64,000 nucleotides of DNA from an uncultured Gammaproteobacteria bacterium (lineage in GTDB: Bacteria > Patescibacteriota > Microgenomatia > CAZETR01 > Amesbacteraceae): NCBI GenBank assembly GCA_964518565.1, contig CAZFGX010000001.1:11046-75045 (forward strand). Direction: 5' to 3'. The notes under the pieces are model-generated. The model did not search any database, was not told the origin of the DNA, and worked only from the letters and a program-made list of their open reading frames with translations. Shown piece by piece: positions 56,798-64,000 of this stretch (position 1 is the first letter of the stretch; every line of letters starts with the position of its first letter). The translations under genes and the position numbers were made by a program.

Positions 56798-57082
56798 TTA
56801 AGTCTTATCCATGGTGCGCTTAACCACCGCTCCATGGCCTCTAAATGTTCGAGTAGGTGCAAACTCTCCTAGTCTGTGACCAACCATCGTTTCAGTCACA
56901 AATACATCGACAAATTTATTGCCAGTATGAACTTGGAAGGTATATCCCACAAATTCGGGTGAAATCTGACTTGCCCGTGACCAGGTTTTGATGGGGGTTT
57001 TTTTACCCACAGCAACCTGCTTGGCAACTTTCGCTGTCAGTCGTTCATCGACAAATGGTCCTTTTTTTGAGCTTCTAGCCAT
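56798..57082 (-). CDS. rpsS: 30S ribosomal protein S19
   Basis: [26 protein letters not shown]. Confidence 0.98.
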   Translation of the reverse strand: MARSSKKGPFVDERLTAKVAKQVAVGKKTPIKTWSRASQISPEFVGYTFQVHTGNKFVDVFVTETMVGHRLGEFAPTRTFRGHGAVVKRTMDKT

Positions 57083-57083
57083 A

Positions 57084-57914
57084 TTATGCGTTGTGTCTAG
57101 ATTTAACTATATAAAAACTTGAACGTTTTCGCTTACTTCTGGTACGCGTACCTCGAGCAGACTTACCCCATGGGGTTTTAGGATGCATACCTTCACCAGT
57201 CCGGCCTTCACCTCCACCGTGTGGATGTGAACCTGGGTGTTGAGCAGTTCCGCGGACAGTTGGTCGGATTCCGTATCGGCGAGCTCGACCAGCTTTACCT
57301 AAATTAACGTTCTTCCAGTCAATTGCTCCGACTTGGCCAATAGTGGCACGGCAGGTTGGTTCAAATCGTCGAATTTCTCCAGAAGGCAATTTTACCAGAG
57401 CATAGGCTTCTTCAAAACCCATCAATGTAGCCGCAGTTCCAGCGCCACGTACCATTTGAGCCCCCTTACCTGGCACCAGCTCCAAATTATGTACCAAGGT
57501 TCCGACTGGAATTTGTGACAACATCAAAGCATTTCCCACAGACAGTGGTGCACTTTCACCACTCATCACGCTTGCGCCTACTTGTAAGCCCTCTGGTGCC
57601 AAGATATAGCGTTTTTCTCCATCACCATACTGTACCAGGGCAATATGCGCAGTGCGATTTGGGTCATATTCTAGTGACAAAACTGTCCCTGGCATATCCA
57701 GTTTTTCTCGTTTCCAATCAATATCTCGATAAAAACGCTTTTGTCGACCTCCTTGATGACGAGTAGTAACAATACCTGTTGCATTTCTTCCAGATCTCTT
57801 TGGCAAAATCCATGCCAAGCCTTTTTCAGATCGGCGTGCAGTCAAATCTGAATAATCCAGCGTTGCTGCTAATCGCATAGATGGGTTGAGTGGTCGGTAT
57901 GTTTTGAGTGCCAT
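57084..57914 (-). CDS. rplB: 50S ribosomal protein L2
   Basis: [22 protein letters not shown]. Confidence 0.98.
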   Translation of the reverse strand: MALKTYRPLNPSMRLAATLDYSDLTARRSEKGLAWILPKRSGRNATGIVTTRHQGGRQKRFYRDIDWKREKLDMPGTVLSLEYDPNRTAHIALVQYGDGEKRYILAPEGLQVGASVMSGESAPLSVGNALMLSQIPVGTLVHNLELVPGKGAQMVRGAGTAATLMGFEEAYALVKLPSGEIRRFEPTCRATIGQVGAIDWKNVNLGKAGRARRYGIRPTVRGTAQHPGSHPHGGGEGRTGEGMHPKTPWGKSARGTRTRSKRKRSSFYIVKSRHNA

Positions 57915-57915
57915 A

Positions 57916-58188
57916 TTAGTTTGTTTCAAATAAGTCTATTTTTTGACCTTGTTTTAATTGCACAATTGCTTTTTTCCAGTCTGGATTATAAACAAATTTC
58001 CAGCGTCGGCCAGTACGTCGTTCTTTGCCAGGGACGATCGCTGTAGAAATGCCTATTACGTTCACCTGAAAAAGTCGTTCAATTTCTTTGCGAATTTCAG
58101 GTTTGCGCATTCGTGCCGGCACAGCAAAAGTATATTTGCCTACCTTGGCTACTTTTAACGATTGTTCAGTGATAAGTGGTTTAAGCAT
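57916..58188 (-). CDS. rplW: 50S ribosomal protein L23
   Basis: KPLITE, YTFAV, WKKAIV. Confidence 0.95.
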   Translation of the reverse strand: MLKPLITEQSLKVAKVGKYTFAVPARMRKPEIRKEIERLFQVNVIGISTAIVPGKERRTGRRWKFVYNPDWKKAIVQLKQGQKIDLFETN

Positions 58189-58804
58189 AGAGTTTTTTGA
58201 TTTGATCAATAGATGATTTGGTCAATACAATGGTCGAATGTCCCAATATGGCTTGCACATGGAGCCGGTTTGTCTGCAAAACATTCACACGAGCCAGGTT
58301 TCGAAATGCTCGGGAAATTTCTTTTTGTTCCGGTGTTGCTACAATCAAAGCACTCCCTTTTGCCTGTATCCCTTTTATAAATGCTGCAGCCTCTTTAGAC
58401 TTTGAAATTGAAGCTGAATCATCCAGAACTACCACATGTTTTTCGTGAGCTTGCAAAGATAGTGCTCCCAAAATAGCCTTTTTAGTCATAGGTTTTGACA
58501 AACTTCGGCGGAAATTTTGTTGGCCATCTGGTCCATGAGCTACACCTCCACCGACAAAAATTGGCGCCGCATAAGAGCCATGGCGAGCATTTCCAGTCCC
58601 TTTTTGTTTAAACATTTTTGCAGTAGTTTTGTTTACATCAGTTCTGGTTTTTGTTTTGGCCCCAGCTTTGCGTTGGTTCATCAGATACACACGAACTGCT
58701 TGAGCTAACAATTCAGGAGCGGTCATGACCTCAAATACTTCCTTTGGTAAGGCCATTTTCTCTCCTTCTGTTCCAGTAGTAGTAAAAGTTTTTACATTGG
58801 TCAT
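58181..58804 (-). CDS. rplD: 50S ribosomal protein L4
   Basis: KQKGTGNARHGS, GGGVAHGP, RNL. Confidence 0.97.
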   Translation of the reverse strand: MTNVKTFTTTGTEGEKMALPKEVFEVMTAPELLAQAVRVYLMNQRKAGAKTKTRTDVNKTTAKMFKQKGTGNARHGSYAAPIFVGGGVAHGPDGQQNFRRSLSKPMTKKAILGALSLQAHEKHVVVLDDSASISKSKEAAAFIKGIQAKGSALIVATPEQKEISRAFRNLARVNVLQTNRLHVQAILGHSTIVLTKSSIDQIKKLYA

Positions 58805-59361
58805 ACTTTTGTCAGCCGCAATAGTCCAGATTTTTTATTTCCTGGAACAGATCCAATAACTGATATAGATCGTTTTTCTGCATCAATACTCAAGATTTTG
58901 ACACCCTTCATGGTAATAGTATCTACACCTTTATGACCTGCTCGGCGCTTTCCTTTATATACTCGACCTGGAGTCATGTTGGATCCAGAACTTCCTGGCG
59001 CTCGTTCTCGATCAGAAGTACCGTGGGTTCGGGGTCCACCTTTAAAATGATGTCGTTTGACGACACCGGTAAAGCCTCTTCCTTTAGAAATTCCAGTCAG
59101 TTGGACCACATCGCCCACTTTCAATACTTCATCAAACTTAATTTCTGTTCCAGTTTCTACGGTTTCGTCAGTTCGAATCTCGCGCAGCACTGTCTTCTTG
59201 CCCCCAATTTCTACTCGTACCGCAGCATATCCATGCTTATCTGCTACTCGTAGATCTTTTACTTTCATAGTCGGCACCGACAAAATCGTCACCCCAACGC
59301 GGTTACCAGCTTCGGTAAATGCCGCACTCATGGCGACTTTGTTAGCAAAAATAGTATTCAT
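58801..59361 (-). CDS. rplC: 50S ribosomal protein L3 (short)
   Basis: SKGRGFTGVVKRH, THG..RAPGS. Confidence 0.96.
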   Translation of the reverse strand: MNTIFANKVAMSAAFTEAGNRVGVTILSVPTMKVKDLRVADKHGYAAVRVEIGGKKTVLREIRTDETVETGTEIKFDEVLKVGDVVQLTGISKGRGFTGVVKRHHFKGGPRTHGTSDRERAPGSSGSNMTPGRVYKGKRRAGHKGVDTITMKGVKILSIDAEKRSISVIGSVPGNKKSGLLRLTKV

Positions 59362-59366
59362 AAAAT

Positions 59367-59463
59367 AAAAAAGGCGCTTTTCGCGCCACAGTATTAATTT
59401 CTAATAATGTAGCCTGCAAACCGTAATGAGCGCTAATTCAGGCAATTCTCTCCGCTCAAAACT
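59367..59463 (-). ncRNA. Candidate structured leader RNA (pseudoknot + antiterminator + terminator) upstream of rplC
   Basis: Stem TGAGCG/CGCTCA; loop GCCTG complementary to downstream CAGGC; hairpin GCTACA/TGTGGC overlapping terminator GGCGC-GAAAA-GCGCC-TTTTTT. Confidence 0.6.
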
Positions 59464-59469
59464 TGACCG

Positions 59470-59498
59470 ATTCTACCACACCCCAGCTATGCAGGCAA
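59470..59498 (-). promoter_or_regulatory. Sigma70 promoter for the rplC operon
   Basis: TTGCCT-17nt-TAGAAT with extended TG. Confidence 0.7.
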
Positions 59499-59502
59499 AT
59501 GA

Positions 59503-59721
59503 CTACGCCTCGGCTTTTTTCAAAGCACTGGAAATATGATCGGATTTTTGTTGTTCATAGGCCACCAAATCTGAGGCCTGTTGGACTGTTAGGTTATCAA
59601 TTCCGTGTTTTTTTACTGCCGCTGCCGCTTCAGAAGCTTTGGCATACAGCTCTTTATCAAAAGGCCGCTTACTCTTTGCAAATACGGTATAAGCCAAATG
59701 TGCTCGTTCTTTTAAACTCAT
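59503..59721 (-). CDS. Hypothetical 72-aa protein between rpsJ and rplC
   Basis: ORF with AAGGAG overlapping the rpsJ stop; helical composition. Confidence 0.6.
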   Translation of the reverse strand: MSLKERAHLAYTVFAKSKRPFDKELYAKASEAAAAVKKHGIDNLTVQQASDLVAYEQQKSDHISSALKKAEA

Positions 59722-59728
59722 ATACTCC

Positions 59729-60037
59729 TTACATCTTTACTTCAATATCAACACCGGCTGGCAATTCCATTCGAGACAAAGCGTCAATAGTTTTATCAGT
59801 TGGGTCCACGATATCAATCAAACGCTTGTGAACCAGCATTTCATAATGATTTCGAGCGTTTTTGTCCACATGAGGAGAAGTAGTCACCGTAACGATTTTT
59901 CTATCAGTCGGAAGAGGAACTGGGCCAATGACTTTAGCTCCAGTGGTTATGGCTGTATCCAATATCTTAGCCGCCGCCTCGTCTATGACGCGGTGGTCGA
60001 AGGATTTGAGTCTGACACGTAGTCTGCCTTTAGCCAT
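59729..60037 (-). CDS. rpsJ: 30S ribosomal protein S10
   Basis: LKSFDH, GPVPLPT, SPHVDK, HKRLIDI. Confidence 0.98.
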   Translation of the reverse strand: MAKGRLRVRLKSFDHRVIDEAAAKILDTAITTGAKVIGPVPLPTDRKIVTVTTSPHVDKNARNHYEMLVHKRLIDIVDPTDKTIDALSRMELPAGVDIEVKM

Positions 60038-60061
60038 AAATGTGCGAGATAATTATATAAT

Positions 60062-60086
60062 AAAAAAGCCCAATAGTAAATTGGGC
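60062..60086 (-). terminator. Intrinsic terminator after tuf
   Basis: GCCCAAT-TTACT-ATTGGGC-TTTTTT. Confidence 0.8.
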
Positions 60087-60113
60087 GAGAAAAACAACCA
60101 AAAATAACCGCTA

Positions 60114-61292
60114 TTAAGCGATTATTTTTGTTACGACTCCAGCTCCGACAGTCTTTCCACCTTCGCGGATTGCGAATCGGAGACCTTCTTCTAGAGCTAC
60201 AGGAACGATCAATTTTACTTTCATTTTGGCGTTGTCGCCTGGCATGACCATTTCTACCCCTGGGTTCAAAGTTACTTCACCAGTTACGTCTGTAGTTCGG
60301 ATGTAGAACTGTGGACGATATCCAGAGAAGAATGAAGTGTGACGTCCGCCTTCTTCTTTCTTAAGAATATAGACTTCAGCTTCGAATTCTACGTGAGGGG
60401 TGACAGATCCTGGCTTTACCAAGACTTGACCACGTTCCACGTCATCTTTTTCTACACCGCGTAGCAAGATTCCGACGTTGTCTCCAGCTTGACCTTCATC
60501 CAACAATTTTCGGAACATTTCTACACCAGTCACCACAGATTGTTTAGTAGCTTTGATACCGACTATTTCAATAGGATCGTTTACTTTGATCTTGCCACGT
60601 TCTACACGACCAGTCACCACAGTTCCACGACCTTTGATAGAGAATACATCCTCTACAGGCATTAAGAATGGCTTGTCGAGTTCTCGCACTGGATCTGGAA
60701 CATAAGAATCTACTTTTTCCATCAATTCATAAATCTTTTCTTCCCATTTTGCATCTCCTTCAGCGGCCTTGAGTGCTGATCCTCGGATAAATGGTACTTC
60801 ATCGCCTTTGTAACCATATTTGGTCAACAATTCACGAACTTCCATTTCGACTAAGTCAATAAGACCTTCGTCATCCACCATGTCACATTTATTCAAAAAT
60901 ACGACGATTGCTGGAACATTCACCTGTTTTGCCAAAAGAATATGTTCTCGAGTTTGTGGCATTGGTCCATCAACTGCTGAAACTACCAAGATAGCTCCAT
61001 CCATTTGAGCAGCACCAGTGATCATGTTTTTGATGTAGTCAGCGTGACCTGGAGCATCGATGTGTGCGTAATGTCGCTTTTCTGTTTCGTATTCTTGATG
61101 TGAAAGATTGATCGTGACTCCACGTGCTCGTTCTTCAGGTGCTGAATCAATGTCTCCGTAAGCTTTTGCTACTGCCCATCCCTTTTTGGCCAAAACCGTA
61201 GTGATAGCCGAAGTCAAAGTAGTTTTACCATGATCGACGTGACCAATGGTTCCAATGTTGACGTGTGGTTTATTTCGTTGAAATGTTGCCAT
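60114..61292 (-). CDS. tuf: Elongation factor Tu
   Basis: [31 protein letters not shown]. Confidence 0.99.
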   Translation of the reverse strand: MATFQRNKPHVNIGTIGHVDHGKTTLTSAITTVLAKKGWAVAKAYGDIDSAPEERARGVTINLSHQEYETEKRHYAHIDAPGHADYIKNMITGAAQMDGAILVVSAVDGPMPQTREHILLAKQVNVPAIVVFLNKCDMVDDEGLIDLVEMEVRELLTKYGYKGDEVPFIRGSALKAAEGDAKWEEKIYELMEKVDSYVPDPVRELDKPFLMPVEDVFSIKGRGTVVTGRVERGKIKVNDPIEIVGIKATKQSVVTGVEMFRKLLDEGQAGDNVGILLRGVEKDDVERGQVLVKPGSVTPHVEFEAEVYILKKEEGGRHTSFFSGYRPQFYIRTTDVTGEVTLNPGVEMVMPGDNAKMKVKLIVPVALEEGLRFAIREGGKTVGAGVVTKIIA

Positions 61293-61335
61293 GTGTTTTT
61301 GCGAAAAAAAAGTTCGGTAATATCGAACTCGTTGA

Positions 61336-61364
61336 ATAATAGCAAAGGAAAATTATCTATGCAA
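61336..61364 (-). promoter_or_regulatory. Sigma70 promoter for tuf
   Basis: TTGCAT-17nt-TATTAT with extended TG. Confidence 0.65.
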
Positions 61365-61373
61365 GAGGGAAAA

Positions 61374-61904
61374 TTAGCCTAATTTTTCTTCCCAAAACTC
61401 CTTCATCGTCAAAAGAGAATTCTTCCCAAAACTCTCTCCGTTCGACACCATTTGTTCTACATCGTGTTGATTAACTAATCGTACCTGCTGCACTTCATCA
61501 CGATTAATTCGAATATGCTGCCCGCCATACTCTCCTATATAGAGGTAGCGAAATCGCCAGCTGCCACCTGATTCACCATTAGATTTACGAATAAATCGCA
61601 GTGGTACCTCAAACCCTAGCTCTTCCATCAATTCCTTTTTTGCCGCCTCCGCTGGTTCCATGTGTGCCGGTACATGACCGCCAATAGACAGACTCCAGCC
61701 TCCTGGATTATGTTTTTTCTTTCGACTCCGCTGTTGTACCAATATCCGTTTGTTTGCATCGTGCAGTAATACCGCTACGCCGCGATGCAATAGCCGCTTT
61801 TTGTGAATCTCTTGCCGAGTCGCCTGGCCAATAACTTGATCTTGATCATTCACCACATCCAACAATTCCTCAGGATTGTTCGCCCTATCTACATGCATAC
61901 CCAA
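61374..61904 (-). CDS. NUDIX hydrolase (IDI/YfcD-like)
   Basis: ELLDVV...LLHRGV...QQRS..K...GGHV...KELMEELG. Confidence 0.9.
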   Translation of the reverse strand: MGMHVDRANNPEELLDVVNDQDQVIGQATRQEIHKKRLLHRGVAVLLHDANKRILVQQRSRKKKHNPGGWSLSIGGHVPAHMEPAEAAKKELMEELGFEVPLRFIRKSNGESGGSWRFRYLYIGEYGGQHIRINRDEVQQVRLVNQHDVEQMVSNGESFGKNSLLTMKEFWEEKLG

Positions 61905-61933
61905 TTATACCAAAAATAAATTAGCCTATAACT

Positions 61934-61962
61934 TTGATAATACCCTCAATTTCGACTATAAT
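61934..61962 (+). promoter_or_regulatory. Sigma70 promoter for the two hypothetical genes
   Basis: TTGATA-17nt-TATAAT. Confidence 0.7.
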
Positions 61963-62041
61963 TCGCTCTAGCGGAAAGGTAACAATCGCGTTCCAATCCG
62001 AAAAAATCGTACCTTGAAATTGTGGATAAAGGAGTACCTGT

Positions 62042-62656
62042 ATGAATCCGAAAACAATAAATGCATACCAAGTGTTCTCAGCCTTGCATGAAATCGAACG
62101 ATTACATGAGTATATAGACGTAGCCTATCTCCAATGTGGACATCGCCATCTTCAATCTTTGAAGTGCCTATGTCTAATCATGGGTGATCGTGTAGCTTCA
62201 AGGCTCCGAGTAAATAATGGATACCCTAGTGGCGAAACTGCTGGACTTTTAAGAATGGCGTTTGAATCTCTGCTTGCGAACAACAACCCATTTGAGGTCT
62301 GTCTTAATAATAGACCAGTGCGAAGCCTAGACTACATTTCACCCTTCACCAAATTTTATGTTCCTGAAGAGCAAACTGCAAAAAAGCTCGAACTGTTACC
62401 AACAACCACATCCGGTTTTGGTCAATACAAAGTGCTATCCATGAGCTTAAAAAAGTTCTCTGCCTGCTTGTCTTCTGCAGCGGCCAAAAGTGCCAACACG
62501 CATAAAACAGTCAGAGACGCTGCTGTATCAGCAGTACAAATGCTCGAGATCATGCAAATATTTCTTGACTATTCGACGCAGAAAACCACTCTGCCGCTTA
62601 CCGACCTAGCCAGAAAAATCAATCACGAGTTTAAAGATTGCTACATTACGATCTAG
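62042..62656 (+). CDS. Hypothetical protein (paralog A)
   Basis: 204-aa ORF with AAGGAG SD. Confidence 0.75.
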   Translation: MNPKTINAYQVFSALHEIERLHEYIDVAYLQCGHRHLQSLKCLCLIMGDRVASRLRVNNGYPSGETAGLLRMAFESLLANNNPFEVCLNNRPVRSLDYISPFTKFYVPEEQTAKKLELLPTTTSGFGQYKVLSMSLKKFSACLSSAAAKSANTHKTVRDAAVSAVQMLEIMQIFLDYSTQKTTLPLTDLARKINHEFKDCYITI

Positions 62657-62690
62657 CTAGAAGGGAAATATTCCCAAGGAGTTCAAAATC

Positions 62691-63308
62691 TTGGACACAA
62701 AAAAGTTTGAATGGACCCCGGCAGAGTTTTCTGCCTCTCTCAACTGTCTGAATAATTTGCATCGGATGATCACTCCTCCAGTTCGGGTTGGTGACCCGTC
62801 GCAAATTACAACTTCTGTCATCAATCTGCTTGAAACTTGTCAGATTATGATTCGTTTTGAGTTGGAAAAGAGATCGACCCTAATTCCAGCTCTGATAGCG
62901 CCTCGTGTAGCCTTGGCTCTTGATCCATATGGCCTTCCGGTATTTTGGAACAAAATCCAAATCACCAAAACTATCCCGATCACGAAAGTGGAGATCTCTC
63001 CCACACTAAGCAATGTTGCCGTCGCCCAAATGCTTGATGTCAGCAGCTTGCCAACAGGTATTATCGACTACAAACAGCTCGACGGCGTTTTGAACCAGTT
63101 TCAATATGTCTTCACCTGTGTTGCGGCTCAGACCAGAGGTAGCCAAGAGTTGGTCAAGTACACAGCAGAACGAGTCGAATATCTCTTCCGTGGCATGATT
63201 CACATGGTTCACGAAAAAGTGCACCGCAATAAAACAGACCCTAGGTATTTAGCCGAAAAAATCGGAGTAGGTATAAATAAGTATGGTCTCAAACTAACTT
63301 CAGATTAA
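62691..63308 (+). CDS. Hypothetical protein (paralog B)
   Basis: 205-aa ORF, TTG start with AAGGAG SD; resembles the upstream ORF. Confidence 0.75.
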   Translation: MDTKKFEWTPAEFSASLNCLNNLHRMITPPVRVGDPSQITTSVINLLETCQIMIRFELEKRSTLIPALIAPRVALALDPYGLPVFWNKIQITKTIPITKVEISPTLSNVAVAQMLDVSSLPTGIIDYKQLDGVLNQFQYVFTCVAAQTRGSQELVKYTAERVEYLFRGMIHMVHEKVHRNKTDPRYLAEKIGVGINKYGLKLTSD

Positions 63309-63328
63309 ATCCACAATCTCAAATCACC

Positions 63329-63353
63329 GCCCCGGTCGTCCGGGGCTTTTTTT
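63329..63353 (+). terminator. Intrinsic terminator
   Basis: GCCCCGG-TCGT-CCGGGGC followed by a T run. Confidence 0.88.
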
Positions 63354-63873
63354 ATTCCAAAAGCGTCCCTTGCCAAAATCTCCAGGCTGTCTTAATAGCC
63401 ATGGGATTTGCCTCATGAGGATGGAAAATCTCTGGATGATACTCGTTTGGATGCACAAAGCGAATTTGTTCTATCTCTTCCGGATGTGGCGTAATGACCT
63501 GACCTGAATACTTAAAGGAATAAAAATAGGCAAAACGATGATTGCCATCCTGGCGAACCAAGGTTTTATACAAAAATTCCAGTTCACCACTCAAGCCTAA
63601 TTCTTCAAACAATTCAGTTTTAGCAGCGTTTTCTGGGGTTTCTCCAGATTGGACATGGCCTCCGGCTCCTGAAGTCCAGTGTAGCGGATTTTGCTTTTTG
63701 TTTCGACTCCGTTGCTGAAACAGTATGCGTCGATCTTCGTCGTGTACCAAAATATCCACTTCCCGGTGAAGTAAAAATGGCTCAGCATGCACTAAGTGCC
63801 TGGGAGCCTGAGCAATGACCACGTCTCGGTCGTCGACAATATCTAATAGTTCGTTGGCGTAGTTAATATCCAT
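63352..63873 (-). CDS. NUDIX hydrolase (IDI/YfcD-like)
   Basis: ELLDIVD...LLHREV...QQRS..K...GGHV..GET...TELFEELG. Confidence 0.9.
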   Translation of the reverse strand: MDINYANELLDIVDDRDVVIAQAPRHLVHAEPFLLHREVDILVHDEDRRILFQQRSRNKKQNPLHWTSGAGGHVQSGETPENAAKTELFEELGLSGELEFLYKTLVRQDGNHRFAYFYSFKYSGQVITPHPEEIEQIRFVHPNEYHPEIFHPHEANPMAIKTAWRFWQGTLLE

Positions 63874-63915
63874 ACAATGATTCAAGGAGATCTCTAGAAA
63901 GAAGATCTGGAAGAA

Positions 63916-64000
63916 TTAAGCGTTTCCAGCTATTTTACCACTTTTGGCAATAATTTGCTCAGAAATGTTACGTGGCACTTCGTCATAGTGTGAAGGAATC
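63916..64000 (-). CDS. fusA: 3' end of elongation factor G (partial)
   Basis: Minus-strand frame IPSHYDEVPRNISEQIIAKSGKIAGNA* matches the EF-G C-terminal SHYxEVP..I motif; synteny with tuf-rpsJ. Confidence 0.8.
   Translation of the reverse strand, partial: IPSHYDEVPRNISEQIIAKSGKIAGNA

Noticed and set aside
59463-59831. 122-aa plus-strand ORF
   Set aside because: Antisense to rpsJ and the 72-aa ORF; no motif or coding support.
1-64000. Alternative genetic code 25 (UGA=Gly)
   Set aside because: Conserved genes are intact under code 11 and several end at TGA (e.g. metG, tatD, M32 peptidase).

Overview
Core-genome segment of an AT-rich, very compact bacterium. It is most consistent with Patescibacteria/CPR, Microgenomates-like; this is an inference from the absence of rpmD between rpsE and rplO, YerC-like, PEGA-SH3 and DUF2298 genes, mostly SD-less starts and TGA used as stop. 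The window runs from the 3' end of groEL through tRNA-Cys, two cell-surface glycosylation clusters, metG-tatD, two UvrD helicases, femAB-like genes, pilN/pilO, murJ, lepA, hrcA-grpE-dnaK with two CIRCE operators, and the S10-spc-alpha ribosomal cluster to tuf and the 3' end of fusA. No CRISPR array, rRNA, prophage or transposase was seen. The most novel signals are cis-regulatory. (1) A leaderless Met-rich leader peptide (MKFEFVSMMSMQTV*) with overlapping antiterminator/terminator hairpins precedes a DUF62 SAM-hydrolase-metG operon, a candidate methionine-sensing attenuator coupled to SAM-to-Met salvage. (2) A pseudoknot/antiterminator/terminator leader RNA precedes rplC. (3) Symmetric bidirectional leaderless promoters occur. 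(4) A palindromic repeat is inserted in frame in grpE. (5) A four-gene insert with two pairs of paralogs splits fusA from tuf. All structures were read by eye, and no folding or database search was run.
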